From positions 84,506,001 through 84,570,000 of the forward strand of contig OZ296655.1 of the NCBI GenBank assembly GCA_965655095.1: a DNA stretch of 64,000 bases. Direction: 5' to 3'. This stretch comes from Haplodiscus bocki (taxonomy: Eukaryota). Positions 11,500 to 25,949 of the stretch are shown in pieces. A program made the position numbers and the translations under genes. Below the pieces are notes generated by a model. The model was given only the letters and a program-made list of their open reading frames with translations, searched no databases and had not been told where the DNA came from. Within the stretch, counting starts at the first letter, position 1, and each line of letters opens with the position of its first letter.

Positions 11500-14400
11500 A
11501 CTTTCCATACTTGGCAAAATCTAAGTAATTCTGAATCAAGCATCGAAATATGGAGAAGTGAACACGAAAGAAAAATAAACAATAGTCTTGACTTCTTCAA
11601 TCAATGTACAACACTAAGACCTTGTTTGTGTTTTTTCCCCAGAAGTGAGGAAAAACTACAAGCAATACTAGTTTTTTCCTCAATCAGACGCCAGATGAGT
11701 TTTTTAATTTTCTCTCGAACATTTCCGTATATACTAGCAGAATCATGTTATTAGTTTAGCTGGGCGGAGAGGTGGAGTGAAGATGGATTCAATCCGTAAT
11801 CAGTCCAGCATTGCAGCGTAGTAAACTATTTTCTATTTTGAAAGATTCTGACGTCAAAAAGCTAGTGACAACAACACAGGCACGGAGCAAATACTCACTC
11901 CCGCAGTTTTTCAAGTCGTATCACAGTCAAGCTCTTTCTACATCCAGACATCAAAATCCACTGCACTTTAGAAAATACGATAAAGTCCAAGTCAGTCAGT
12001 CCAATTAGACCTAAATTGTGGAAAAATTTTTCATGATTAAACAAAACAATATAGAAATTATCACCGTTTTAGGTTGGTTACTGTGTGAACATCTGTTTGA
12101 TCAAGAATGGTTCTGTCCTAGTCTGCATCAATTTACTATAGGATATGTATATCTGAACGCATCATTTACATGGAAAGTAAGAAAAACATTGAACCAAAGC
12201 CTAGCTTCTTTGCCTTTATCGTCTGTAGATTGTGCAAAAACTTGACTTTTAGTGTCCTTAGCCAAACGTGCTTGACGTTTTCTCTGTTGCATAAAAGTGT
12301 GCTTACAAGCAATTTAAAAAGTATGAAAAAAGATCAGGCGTTCAGCATGCAAGCGTTTGAAAATTTATACAGCTGCATTGTAAAATATGTCGTCCTTCAG
12401 CACATTGTATTGCTAAAACCAAAGAATTCGTTGGTCCAATTTTGCCATCACCACATTTTTCAGCTTGTATGAGAAATATTTTTACATCGTTGACATATTG
12501 ATCGTTGATCTATCCTTAATTCATACGTGACGCGGACTGGAATATTATTGAATTATTTTTAGCTACCTCAGCAGAAAAGCAAGGTATTAATGAAAAATGT
12601 CTGCTACACGTGAAAAACTTCATTTGCATCTTAAAACCTCGAAATAATCAAGGATTTGTTCTCATTCAATTTCTGGAAGTAAAATATAAATCCCCTGCAC
12701 TTTTTGTGAATTTCATCAAAGAAAATTGGAAAGCATCAACGCTGCAAACAATTTCGAGACAATAAAAGTTTCTTTACTAGGGAACTTCTAAGTATTTCCG
12801 AATCAAGTATAGAAAGATCGAAAAGTAAACACGAAAAAAACAAAATCAATACTCTTGTCTTTTTCATTCAATGTACAACACTATGAACTAATTTGTGTTT
12901 TGTATTCAAAAGTGAGGGAAAACTACAAGCAATACTAGTTTACTCTTCATTCAGATGTCAGACGAGTTTTCACTAGTATGCTCTGGAACATCTCAGTATT
13001 TACCAATAGCGGCATGTTATTAGTTAAGATGAATGGAGAGGTGGAGTGAATACGGATTCAATCCGTATTCAGTCGAGCATTGCAGCCTAGCCTACAATTT
13101 TGAAAGATTACGACGTCAAAAAACTAGTGGCAACGGAACAGGCATGGAACAAATGCTCACTCCCACAGTTTTTCACGTTGTATCACAGTCACGCTAATTT
13201 TATCCCGATAGAATAAAATCTATTGCACTGTTTACATTTCAAAAAATTTCAAGTCAGTCAGTCTAATTAGACCCCAACAAAGACAAATTCTTCATAACCA
13301 AACAAAATATTTTGAAAAACTGCACTTTTTTGGTTGGGTTACTGTGTGAACATCAATTTGATCAAAAACGGTTCTGTCCCAGTCTGCATCAATTTAGGAA
13401 AGGATCAGTATATGTGAACAGATCGGTTACATGAACGATAACAAAAGCAACAAAACAAAGTCTTGCTGCTGTGCTTCTTTGCTTTTATCGTCTCTAGATT
13501 GTGCAAAAACTTGATTTTTAGTGTCATTGGCGAAAAGTGCTTGACGTTTTGTATGTTGCTTAAATGTGTGCATGCAAACAATTTCTAAAGTATAAGAAGA
13601 TGAGGCGCTCAGCATGCATGCATTTGAAAAATTTTACTGCTGCATTATAAAATAGATCAGTTTTTGGTAAATGCATTGCTAATACAAATGAGTTCGTTGG
13701 TCCAATGTTTCCATCACCACAATTTTAAGCTTGTATTTTATTAATTTTTACAACGTTGAAAAAATGATCGTTGATCTATCTTTTGTTCAAAAGTGACGCT
13801 GACTGGAATAACATTAACTCAATTTTAGCCACTTTAGCTGAAAAGCGAGGTATAAATGGAAAAAAGTCTGCTACATGTGAAAAACTTCAGTTGCCTCCTA
13901 AAACTTGGAATTTTGCAATGATTTGTTCCCATTCATATTCTGGAAATAACTTATAAATCCCCGGTGGCTTTTGTGAAAAGCATCAAAAAACTTGGGAAGC
14001 ATCAACGGACTAAACAATATTTAGACATTAAAAGTTTCCATACTTTAGAAATCCAAGTATTTCCAAATCAGTTATAGAAAAAAGGAATCGTGATCAGGAG
14101 AAAAGTTAAACATTACTCTTGTCTTTTTTATTCATTGTAAAACACTACGAGTTCGTTCGTGTTTTATCTTCAGAAATGAAGAAAAACTACAAGCAATACT
14201 GGTTTGTTCCTCATTCAGACGTCAGACGAGTTTTCATTAGTTTTGTCTGGAACTTTTCCATATTTACTAGTAGCGGCATGTTGTTAGTTTAGATGAGCGG
14301 AGAGGTGGAGTGAATACGGTTTCAATCCGTATTCAGTCCAGCATTGCAGCATAGCCTATTATTTTGAAGGATTATGACGTCAAAAAGCTAGTGGCAACGG

Positions 14401-15305
14401 AACAGTCACACAACAAATACTCCTCCCACAGTTCCTCACGTTGTAACACAGTCACGCTGTTTTTACTCGAAAAATCAAAATCTACTGCACCGTTTAAAAG
14501 TTAAAATGTTACAAGTCAATCGGTCTTTTTAGATCTAAAACGTCGATAAGTTCTACATAAATAAATACAAAAAAATATCTAGACTAGCACTTTTTCTGGT
14601 TGGGTTACTGTGTGAACATCTGTTTGATCAAGAACGGTTCTGTCCCAGTCTGCATCAATTTAGAAAGAGATCAGTATATGTGAACGGATCGGTTACATGA
14701 AAAGTAACAAAAGCAACAAAACAAAGTCTTGCTGCTTTGCTTCTTTGCTTTTATCGTCTCTAGATTGTGCAAAAACTTGATTTTTAGTGTCATTGGCGAA
14801 AGGTGCTTGACGTTTTGTAGGTTGCTTAAATGTGTGCATGCAAACAATTTACAAAGTATAAGAAGATGAGGCGCTCAGCATGCATGCATTTGAAAAATTT
14901 TACTGCTGCATTGTAAAATAGATCAGTTTTTGGTAAATGCATTGCTAATACAAATGAGTTCGTTGGTCCAATGTTTCCATCACCATATTTTTCAGCTTGT
15001 ATTTTATTAATTTTTACAACGTTGAAAAAATGATCGTTGATCTATCTTTTGTTCAAAAGTGACGCTGACTGGAATAATATCAACTGCTTTTTAGCTACTT
15101 CAGCTGAAAAGCGAGGTAAAATATGCAAGATGTCTGCTACATGTGAAAAACTTCAGTTGCATCGTAAATCTTGGAAAACTTCAATGATTTGTTCTCATTC
15201 TCATTCTGGAAGTAACTTATAAATCCCCGGCAGCTTTTGTGAAATTCATCCAAGGAACTTGGAAATCATCAACGCAGCAAACAACAATTAAACTTTAAAA
15301 GTTTC
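11500..15305. repeat. Three tandem ~1.27-kb units (~11500-12770, ~12770-14035, ~14035-15305)
   Basis: Anchor ggagaggtggagtgaa at ~11766, ~13035, ~14299. Paralogous ORFs MIYLLFKSDADWNNIN at 13771 and 15037 (1266 apart). Confidence 0.95.
13047..13071. other. Perfect 12-bp-arm inverted repeat (hairpin) inside the 1.27-kb unit
   Basis: tgaatacggatt-c-aatccgtattca; imperfect versions at ~11778-11802 and ~14311-14335. Confidence 0.85.
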
Positions 15306-18300
15306 CTCTGAATCAATGAAAATCTTTTTAAAAGTGGTAGGTAACATAGAAGAATATACAAAAATTTCATACAACAACGTTCACTAGGGGTATGGATTAT
15401 TTTATGTCCCTCATGAAGACTAGTTTAATACACTTCCTTGTTTTCTTTGACACTTTCTGTTGAGCCTACTAGCGCTGCTAGAGACCTTTCAAAAGACGAG
15501 ACGCATTTGCACTTGAGAAAATTCTTCCAGAATTGTCATCCAGCTGGCTATATGATTTCTTTCTACTGCCAATAAACTCAATGCCTTTTTCTATTTCCAA
15601 CTGTGGCTCATATTTTAAGCTAACCTTCGCATTCGTCTTGTTTTAGCAAGGTGTGATTCGTGCACTGAAGTTTTGGGAGCGACTGTGAACAACCAACCAG
15701 CTTGCTTGCGTAAGTCTTGTAACCGATTTGAGCTTGTGGTGCACATTCAATTAGGCAAGCGATAATACTGCAGCCGAAAGTACCTTTGAGCGAGTAACAT
15801 TGTTTTTGACTTTTGGTTAAGGATTGCAATACCTGCAATTATTTTTACCTTATAAAAACTGCTTTTGCTTGCATCGATCTTTTAAAGCGATGATACATTT
15901 CTCTGGACTACGACGTACTTGGTTGAGTTTCCGCGAAGGATAGTTGCAGTTCAAAATATTTTAAAATTTGGATGTCAATTATTTACCAACGTCTTTTACC
16001 AGTAATCCTTTACCAATATACGTCTTTGATAAACTACCACTGCAAATGTATTTAGATTACTCCATTAAAAGTCAAATTATTGCACTAATGGCCCGACTTT
16101 GCAGGAGTCAACCTTGCTCAGCAGTGTTTTAAAATTTGATATCAATTGATGTGTAAGTTCGGCAGTGATGTAAAATTTGATGTCAATTGATATAAGTTCT
16201 CAAAACTAAGTTCGGCGCAAAAACATCAGATATTGATGGAACATGCCTCAGGATCAAAAATTGATTTAACCAACTGGCGGTTTTGAAATCATTCAGTGAT
16301 CCTGTGGCATTTTACACCAAGTTTAGAACTTTACCATCCGCATAATAATCTTTTTGATTTTCCTGATGCAAGCAAGCTATGATAAAAACCAATTATGAAA
16401 AACAGCTCCTAAATTATTTTTAAGGCGTTTAAGTGAAAATATTGAGATTTTCCATTAACAGACTATAAAAATATATTTTTCATAATCATATCCAACCAAT
16501 GTAAAAGATTTAGTTCAAATTATATAGTTCTTCGTAGTTTGAACCAAAATTTTTTTCTTTTGACGATTAAATACAAAAATACAATGTCAGCTGCGTTGAA
16601 ATGGAACATTGAAACACGTGATTGTTAGTCAGAATAGGTACATTTCAAGCTTTTTCAGAACTTCTTTATACCAAAAAACACTTCAAGCAAGCCAAGTTTT
16701 GCACCTGATTACGACAAAGCACCAATTTTCGCTTCCGGAATTTTGGAAGAAAATATCTGAGCTATGGGGTACCTAAAAGCTGATTAAAGTCTCTATTCTG
16801 CAAAAATGTTGTTATTTTTTCGTTTAGGAAAACGAACAATGTCTTTCCACCAGAATTTATTACGAAGAGAAAAAGATGCATTGATTATGTAATATTTATT
16901 TCTCCCTAGTTTGTCAATTCAGCATGAACATGAACGTTCTTTTGGCATCCTACCTAGCTTCTTCACCGTAGTGAATAAAGACAATAAACGATGTTCGGGT
17001 GACAAAGACCGAGCTAAATCCAACTACGAGCAAGCAATTTGGAAAAAAAATTGCGTTTTCATCAATTCTGCTATACAAATTTTGGTTCACAAGCAACAGA
17101 ATGATTTTCCCAAATATATCTTGCAAAAACGTATTGATTTTGGAAACGTGGGCGAAACCAAAAAAGTTCACTCGAGTTTCAGAAGTTTCCAAAATGAAAT
17201 TCCGATCAGGATGAAAATTTTATGAAAGTTTAATGATTATTTGATGGTTACAATTATAAACTTTAAACCAAAAAAAATAATCCACAAAACATTTTTATAA
17301 AAAAATTTTTTAAAGTAACATTACAACATTAATTGTGCCTTGCCAGTTAACTTAAAATAACGAAAAAAATGGAGAAAATTTATCGGGCAGAGCATCTCAT
17401 AGTCGTAAAGGTCGAAGAAAGAGAGGTGATTCTCTCGTTGTTCAGACTCTTTCTCCTCAAACACTTGCTGCTGGACGTATTCAATTAACGTCTCCTCAAA
17501 TGGCAGCGTCTTCCTCTTTGAAAGTCAATCAGCACCAAAATTTTTCATTATGCTCATCATAACGGATTCCTGTGTAGTGCATAGGCATTCAAGAGAATAT
17601 GTTCCTAGAATATCATTGGACAGAAGGTAACTTTGTAAATCTTCTTTATGTATGGCTTTTGTAGATGTTTACGATTTACATATCGAATTAGACTTGAAAT
17701 AATGTCCGAGAAGACAATAGATCCTCTTCTCTCAAGAAGTATTGAGAAAACATAAGAAAAATTTGCGTACGCACAGTAACATCAAGTAAAGTTAGTTCAA
17801 GAGCAAGGCCCTCTCGTATTATAAACTTTGCTAGTAAAACCCAAAATTATCTCCTTTTGAATTTAATACTATTTGGTAGGATGCAGTGAAAATGCATCCC
17901 CGTTAACGTTGTGTGCTTTCACTCCCACAGCCTTCTGCTATTCTTTCTTTAACTACACTCCCTTTTTCTTGCCTCTCTTCTTTTTTGAGACGTCTTCTTA
18001 TTTAATAAAATTCACAATTCAATTCAAAACACCCTCTTCAAGTTTTGTTCAGTCGTTTCGACTTTACACTCCATAGTCATTTCATTTCTAATCTTTCAAT
18101 CCTTTGGACTTTAAACTTCGACAGTCAATTCGATTATAAACTCGGCCAACTTTCTACATTTTTGTTCGCTGTCGGCCATATTAAGTGAATATCGACTAGA
18201 CCGTTTTCTATTCCATTCTAGTCCGTTTTCTAGACACTGAACATAGAACACTCTAGTGTCAGGGCAGCCTTTTCTTTTAACCATTTTTGTTACTTCATTA

Positions 18301-21269
18301 TTGTTTCGCTTACAACTTTTATTTTTCTGTTATCGTCAATATCATTTCAACCCTCCTAATTTTTTTAAATTTCTCCTCCGAAATCAAATATTACTCCTCT
18401 GGATTTATTTTCATCATTCCTTCTATATTTTTTTATTAAAGTTTATTCTGTATCCACTGCAAGTTTCGCATTAGCAATTTTCATTGCTACTCTCCCATCA
18501 CAAAACTCCTCTCCTCTGATTTTTTCCCGCATAAACCTACTAATGCACTGATCTTTTGTATTCTGTTGTAAGAAAAATTCACTTGTAGGTAAATCTCTGC
18601 TCTTTGGCTCCCTCTCTTTTCTTTCCCAACCCGTAGGACTTAGAGACAGAACAGAAAATTTCCTTTGCATAACGTCTTTGGTTTTTTATGTTGCTGACTT
18701 TTAAGGTGATTGTTTAAAACTTAGTCAGGAATTAATTAGCAACTAGAGTGTTCCTAGACAAGACTGAATTCTGTTCTGCCTATCGAAGTTCTCATGTCTT
18801 GTAAATTTTAAAAAAAATCAGTATTGACCGGCCATTGCCCGCGAATGTTGATTGTACAGAGTTGCGCAATGTACGTCTTAAATTATTTCCAATCGTTACC
18901 AGTCCTAAATTGAAATTAAAAATTTTCACACTTATAGTTTTATTAGGAATCTAATAGCAGTTCTCTGGTTGAACGCAGTTGCAAACATTTTTTTCATTCT
19001 ATCAACAACCTCTCGGTTGACCGCAAACTTTCTAAATCGATAATGTTTAATACCCTCCTCGTTTTCTGCTTTTTATTCCCTACTGTGGAAATATTTTTAA
19101 CATATTGAACCAAGTGAATTTATAACTATTATATCTCTTTCGAAGATTTCGTCCCCGGAATGTCATGCTGCTTGAAATTTCTACACTCAACTAAACCCAA
19201 GTTTTCTGGGACATTTATCATTGAAACCATCAGGTCGAGTAGACACAAACTTCTCTATTTTAACACAAATCTTCAATCCAACAAGAAAACTATGAAAAGA
19301 ACAACCAAACTGAAGTTGGTGTTGATTTCTTTCAGGATCAGAATTCTGTGGAACTAATTAGAAATCCAAATGAAAATACACAACAAAATCCACTCCGAAT
19401 TCATAATTAATCCTACTCTGAAATATTAACTGGACAAGTACAAAATCCATCCTTAGAAAGGCAACATGCAACAGGATTTATCTGAATTTTTCTCAAAAGA
19501 GCAAACTTATCTAAGATTGAACGTTCAAAACTAAATTATCAAAAAAAATCGGAACTGCAAATCAATTGTTACGAAAAAAAAACTGAAACACGATCAAATG
19601 TTACAACTGTCGAATCAACATGACACTGTTTTTCAAGACGATAAACATACTCTGGAAAAAACGCAAATGATACCTTCAACATCAAAAAGGTACTTTGAGA
19701 ACAAGTAGCTAAATCTGAATGTTCAATACCGACTCCATTCAATTTTCATGTCATAACAGAAAGAAAAGAAAGAGCGTTTGTTGCGGATGCTATTAGCTTT
19801 ACTGAAAATCCTGTATATAATTCAACGAATTCCTTGCCCTGTGACAAACATTGTAAAGATATTTGTTCTCTTCCTCTGATTAGAGAGCATCATGATTCTT
19901 ATTTAAATCATCTCATTTTTGAGACTTGTGAATCAAATTTTGCTGATGTCCCTTCACTGTAAAAATTATACCGATTAAAAACAATAAAAGTTGACACCTT
20001 TTGAATGCATTGAATCCAAGAGATATAAAAAAACAAGGTTTCGAGATTTATCTGTACATTTTCTGAGAAAACTGCAAAAGGTAATTAGTATTTAGAACAA
20101 CCTGTAGTTGTTTCCTATGCAATTGATGGATTCGTAATAAGCAACACATAATTGAAACTGCTGAAGTGGCTGAAATTGAAAGAACCACAAATCCCATCCA
20201 CTGGTTCTTGAGAGACCTTGCTCAAATAAATTATTTTCAGTATACACTTTTACAACAACTAACCGTTTCAGGCACTGTAACAATGCCCCAAATTAATTTC
20301 TTTTTCCTAAATCTGATAAAATTTTCTGAGATTCAACTATCAACTTATCTCATAAACTTTAGTTTTCAAATCATTTCCTTGAACAGTATTTACTTCCGTT
20401 CTACAATAAACAAGAAAATGGTCATTGAAAAGGTATCTTAAGGTTATCCAAATCATAAATGCTTTTTTTCTGAGCTGGAACTCTCTTCTGCTATGATTAC
20501 ACAAGCAAATTCTGCAAACAGTCCTATTGATCATAAAATTGGCCAAATACGTTCAGTTCAATCAATGGTCACTGCAAGGAAAAAAACTATGAATCAAAGA
20601 TCAAAACAAAATACTACTTTTGGTTTTCAACCTCAAACACAAAGAACCTCTGGTATTTCCAATCCAGAGAAAAACGATACTGAAACCACTAAAGGTATAC
20701 ATCTTACTGAAGTTACTGACAATTCACCTCTAACCAGTTCTAATCTGATACCAGTTAGTAATGTACCACTCAAAAAACCTACAAAAACTTTTCGAACTAA
20801 TCCTGACTCAAAAATTGAACCAAATACATCTGAAAGTCTGCATCCGAAGATAATACTTTTTATGAAGCTAATCATCAAATTTGAATCAGAAAAATGCAAC
20901 ATTGCCAATTTCGCAATCTAAAAGAAAATAAAGAGGAGTACCTCTGTATATTCCGCTAACTGAATTTATAAACTACTTTCAAAGTAAATCAGCTGAAGCG
21001 AATCAATCAAATTGATGTAAAGATCGGAGATTATTCGTGAAAACAATCACTACCAATTTTCCTGCATTGTCAAGATCCCCTTTGGTTCCTCAGAAGATTG
21101 CAGCTATTTACTCATTCATTACTTCACACAAAAGTTTTTTTCAGACCAATGCTGTGAATCCGCACAAATATTATACTAATGTCATACTGCACCTAAAATG
21201 GGTCCTTCTGCAAGTTTGTCTTCATCGTTTTCTGCTCCTCCTGTGAATCCAATAAAGTTTTCTCTTACA

Positions 21270-22090
21270 ATTACCCAGATTTATACTGAACTTTTTGTTG
21301 CAAGGAACAAATCTGTAAAAATAGTTTCGTGAACTTGACCATCAATATACTCGTGAAGAAATTTTTTTCAATAGAATGGTGCAGACATGATTTTCACTAA
21401 GGGAGGAAAAGCTCTCGATCCTGTGACTTATATTCAGTGGCAACACAGAAAAAAAGTATAACATCGATGCTTTCTATCTAGATGCGCTTTCAGCTGGTTT
21501 ATTTGACATCATGAAAGATACAAAAACGACTGGTCTGCCCTTGTATCTGCTGTCAGAAAACGTTTTTTTTTTTCGGAAAAACTGCGAATTAGCCACCAGT
21601 CGAAGCTCATGGTTTAACAAAAAAAGAAAACGTACGCTTATACGCTATGAAAATTCAACAAGTAGGAAAAAAGGGCTGCTGTATTGAGTCTGTTGCAACT
21701 ATTTACTTCAAGTGTAACGAAATTTTCTATCGAGGATTCCCAAAAACTGAAACTTTTTGCTCATAAATGCCAAGTCAATCATGTATCCACTGTTATTGAA
21801 CTTTCCATTTCAATTCATACACTGGTTCGTCTAGTTGATGCTGTCTGTAAAGACAAAGAAAAACTTCGTACTCTTGATCTACCACCGGAAATAATAACGT
21901 AACACCAAAACTGGAATCCCGAAAGAACTTCAAAGTTAATGATTAGACTTCTGAAGTTATGTTTGCACCAACAAAAGATCGTGAAAACAATAGGAAAGCT
22001 CAATTTTGGATATACTGCAGTGAGAATGTATATCACTTGTCATGAATCGAGCCACTTTGTATCAAGCTGTTTTCGAAAGCAATGAGTAAA
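21270..22090 (+). pseudogene. gag core remnant with decayed CCHC-type knuckle
   Basis: LDPVTYIQWQHRKK; TCHESSHFVSSCFR at ~22036-22077; mirrored by DCDELSHFVSSCF at ~44155-44195 (-). Confidence 0.6.
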
Positions 22091-22689
22091 CAAAGGAAAA
22101 ACGGAAGTCTTATTCTAAGCGAAATCGCCCTTAAATTCTAAAACTCACTAGCTCAAAGCACTCCGCATTCAAAACCATCCAGTTAAACAACCTCGCTTTT
22201 ACCCTGTTAACTATTATTTACGTAATGTTTGTGGTTACAGAATTCTTTTAGTTTCAAGAAATCGATATTCACCATAACCAAACTGTCGTTTTAGATCACT
22301 TTCAGTTTCACGATCACGCGAAAATTCTCCGTTTCGATATCCTTATCATCATAGAACTTTCAACTCTAGCTGATCTCCATCACGATCATGACACACTCAC
22401 TTTTGAAAACAACGAAGAAATTTTAATTATCTTCACAAGTTTCATCGCATAGGAAAATCGTTACCGTGTTTTTGTAGATATACTTCTTGCAATAGTCCAC
22501 TTTTTTTTCAAAAAATGTTTTTCTTTGTATCAACTTCTGTCAAGACCACGTTCAAGAACTGTATCAGCAATTGGAGTGTTTGTTCAAAACTTACAATCAA
22601 ATCCATATGATAATCAATATATTTATTCCGAAAGTTTTTCAGAAACTGAGAGACAATTTTGAAATCAATTTGTATTCCACTGAAATGAC

Positions 22690-23060
22690 AGATGCTGGAA
22701 ATCCAAAGAGTCGGCTTTAGAACGTGTTTATTCATTCTTAAAACGAAAATGGTTCAAAATTATCTTCAAGACTGAAAGTCGCTTGAATTAGATAGAGGCG
22801 AAGCAATTTCCGTACATGTTATAGCAACTTTTATAATCATCACTCAGATGTTCAAAATTTGTAATCAAAATCAACATGATGTATCAAAACCTCTGACTAC
22901 CGGAAACCAATCTGAAGCTCCCAGGAAACAATACTTTTCTGTTACTTTTTTTCATCTTTTGAAACACAATCAAAACTTTCCAAAAATCCTTCCGTTGAAG
23001 CTGACATGAAATGAAAAACAATCTCGGATTACCATTAACGGGTAAAAATTTTCAAACTAC
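22690..23060 (+). pseudogene. Aspartic protease remnant
   Basis: LELDRGEAISV (decayed LxDSGASISV); the mirror copy reads LELHSGASIPV. Confidence 0.7.
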
Positions 23061-23799
23061 CTTATATCACAGATTTTATCATGAATTTCGAACACTCTTT
23101 CAATGGTCAACCCGCAACTGTTTCTTTCTTGCACTGTTTAAATGAATTTCTCCTTTCTTTTCATTTATTTATCAAATCAGTTCATTAAAGCATACTTCTA
23201 TCAAACCCAAAACTGTACAAACCTTAGCTTTCCCACTGGAAAAAGCAAAAACATTGTTGTTTAAAACTGAGAAAAATGAACCCATTTTCAGTGGAACACA
23301 TCAAACACATGTTCTGATGAAACTAAAACGACATCTTTGTAATGGGGAAATTATCGACGAAATCTGAAGACTTGTGCTGAATGTTGTTTAAAAAAAACTA
23401 CCCACATAGCATCACTTACACCTGGAATACTAAGTGGTCGAGGAGTATCTGTTATCACTGTAAAGCCACCTCATAATGGAAAAATTGATATGATACAAAT
23501 ATTCATTCGGTAGTTCAACCTACCAACCTAATATAACCGAACCATTTATCGTTGATCATGGAGATGAGCAAACAAACATTCCTCTTGGATGGGCTGACAT
23601 AGATCTTTTCAAAGATCCTATGGCCAGAAGTGCCCTCTTTAATTTACAACCGTGCCAAAAATTGCCTCCACGAGCATTCCCACCTTAGCCATACTGCAAA
23701 GAAAACCTTCAATTTCTGAAGAAATTTCTGTCAATTTTCTGACCTCAATATTTCTGTGATTATTCAATTCTAAAAAGTTCTCCTTGAAAAAAACTGTTG

Positions 23800-25130
23800 T
23801 TTTTTGGATCGTTTCTGCTTACACTGAAACATGATGCTGAACTGCAAACACAAACGGTTACCAAAGTTTCTGGTCACTATAGGGATAAACTGAACGCTTC
23901 ATTCCATGAACTGCAAAAAAATGGTTTTTTTTGAGCAAAGTAACTCAACGTCTCAAGAAAAAAGAACTTTCGTAGCCATTTTTTTGAAAACTTTGATCAT
24001 CATGAAAAAAGAAAAAAGGTTTTTAGACTATTCAGGATGCTAGACGTCATGACTGAAACAATCATCAATCATCAATCTGCACTGGAACTTTCAGCAGAGC
24101 TCGCTAGAGTTAAAAAAAAAAGAAAATTGTAATTGATTCTTTGAACGCTCGTGGACAAGCTACTTTAGAGGATGAAACTATTAAACTAATTGGATTCTCA
24201 TCTGGTGATAATTTTTTCGCTTTCGTTAGGAAATTTTATGGCGTTGACAGTCTTCCAAACTTTTTTGACCCAACAATTGTTCGTTTTTTAAACATTAGAT
24301 CAACCAATGATCTGCGCTGGCTTGCATTGCTGATATCTTACTCATGTCAACTTCCACCCAACATATGCTGCAAAATATCAAACAACTTCATGATAACGCT
24401 AAAACAAAATTGGAAATACAGCTGCTGAAAATTGTTTTTCAGCCTTCTCACTGTAAAATATCTTGGTTATGAAATTATTCTCACAACGATGAAACCAATT
24501 CGATCCAAAATAGTTGCAGTCCGAAGAGCTCCTTTTCTTACTACAAAAAATGAACTCATGAAATTCATTAGCTCATTGAATTTCTATTCTGAAGGTTTTT
24601 GTCAATATTTCATGTCAATATGAATCCCTCTGTAAAATTTACTTCTTCATAATGTTAGATTTCACTGGACTGATGAACTGCAAGCAATGTTTCACCAAAT
24701 AAAACATTCCTAACAAAAGATATTACACTGACTTTGCCTTATATAAACCAACAATTTTTGAAACTGTGGTTTTTTCCTTAATTGATAAAAGCTGCCTCCG
24801 ATTCGAAATGACTAACACAGGAAAAGTGGATGCTATTCTCTATAATTCTCGTATTTTAATAGCAAATGAACAAAAATCCTGCTCTACGTACCGTGAATTT
24901 ATCCGTATCGTACACTCATTAACAATGTACGAAAATATTGTTCTTGGCTCTGATCACTTCTATGATGTTCTAAACGAACACAATTTTTTCCTTAGCTTTT
25001 TCACAAAAAGAACCTCTCTCTCCAATGTTTTACACAGCAGAAATGCATATATACCAAGTTACAAAGTTTTCGTTTTCTTTATATTAAACGAAAAAATCTT
25101 TCTGTAGCTGAGATGTTATGCCGTTCTCTT
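23800..25130 (+). pseudogene. Reverse transcriptase + RNase H remnant
   Basis: ATLEDETIKLIGFSSGDNFFAFVRKFYG..LPNFF; CIADILLM (decayed YIDD); VKYLGYEI; ELMKFISSLNFYS; YNSRILIANEQKSCSTYREF (RNase H). Confidence 0.88.
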
Positions 25131-25949
25131 ACTCAAAGAAAACTGCAAGTTAGTCAAGTAAAAGACGAAGAATCACCTGTTTGAAGGGATTTTGCAAAAT
25201 TCATCTCAAAATAGTCAAATCAAAACTTTACATTGTTTACTTAAACACGAAATTGTAATTCCTTCACAAAAGCATCATTGTGGTGAATTTTTAGTTGATT
25301 TCGGAAATGGTCATTTCTCCATTCGCTTTGATGATAAACGAGAAAAAAGTACTTTGAACAGCGGATTCATTTTAATTTGAAGCTGTAAATCCATTCCAAA
25401 GACAGTTTAAGCAAATCGAGAGAAATCCCAAAACGTTGCACAAGAGTCACTTAGTCCTAAGTATACCGATATCACCAAAATGATGATCTCATTGAGAAAA
25501 AAATCAAGAGATGATAATCTTTTTCAACATTTTTTATCAGCGAAAAAAATCGATCTACCTCTGAAACAGAAGATGACTCTGAAGTTGAAAATCTTCAAAC
25601 GAAAACTCTTCATGATACATCTCCATCTCTGAAAAAGCAACAATCGATTCATCGATTAATTCATCCTATGATCCATCATTTTTCAGAACAACTTCCAATT
25701 TCAATGAATTCTCTTTACGTCTGATAATCCAATGGATGCCGAAAGAATAACGAAAAAACAAAACCGAGATCTGAAAAAAGTTTACAAAAAGATCACTGAA
25801 AAGTCAAGGACTGTAGCAAAAACACCTATTAGTACTGCTGGTCCAATCTTGCTAGAAAACTGTACAATAAACCCCAATCTGTAAATTGTTTAACATACCA
25901 CACTGATAAAAATGCAAAAACAATATCTCAAAAACAAAGATAAACGTCC

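Noticed and set aside
13047-13090. Helitron 3' end (hairpin + CTAG)
   Set aside because: CTAG is present only in unit 2, the hairpin is AT-rich, and it is not at a unit boundary.
16122-16199. ~41-bp imperfect tandem duplication
   Set aside because: Ordinary slippage duplication with no further structure.
15310-17360. Possible distant homology to the family B leader (49200-49800)
   Set aside because: Only short weak matches by eye; cannot be supported without alignment.
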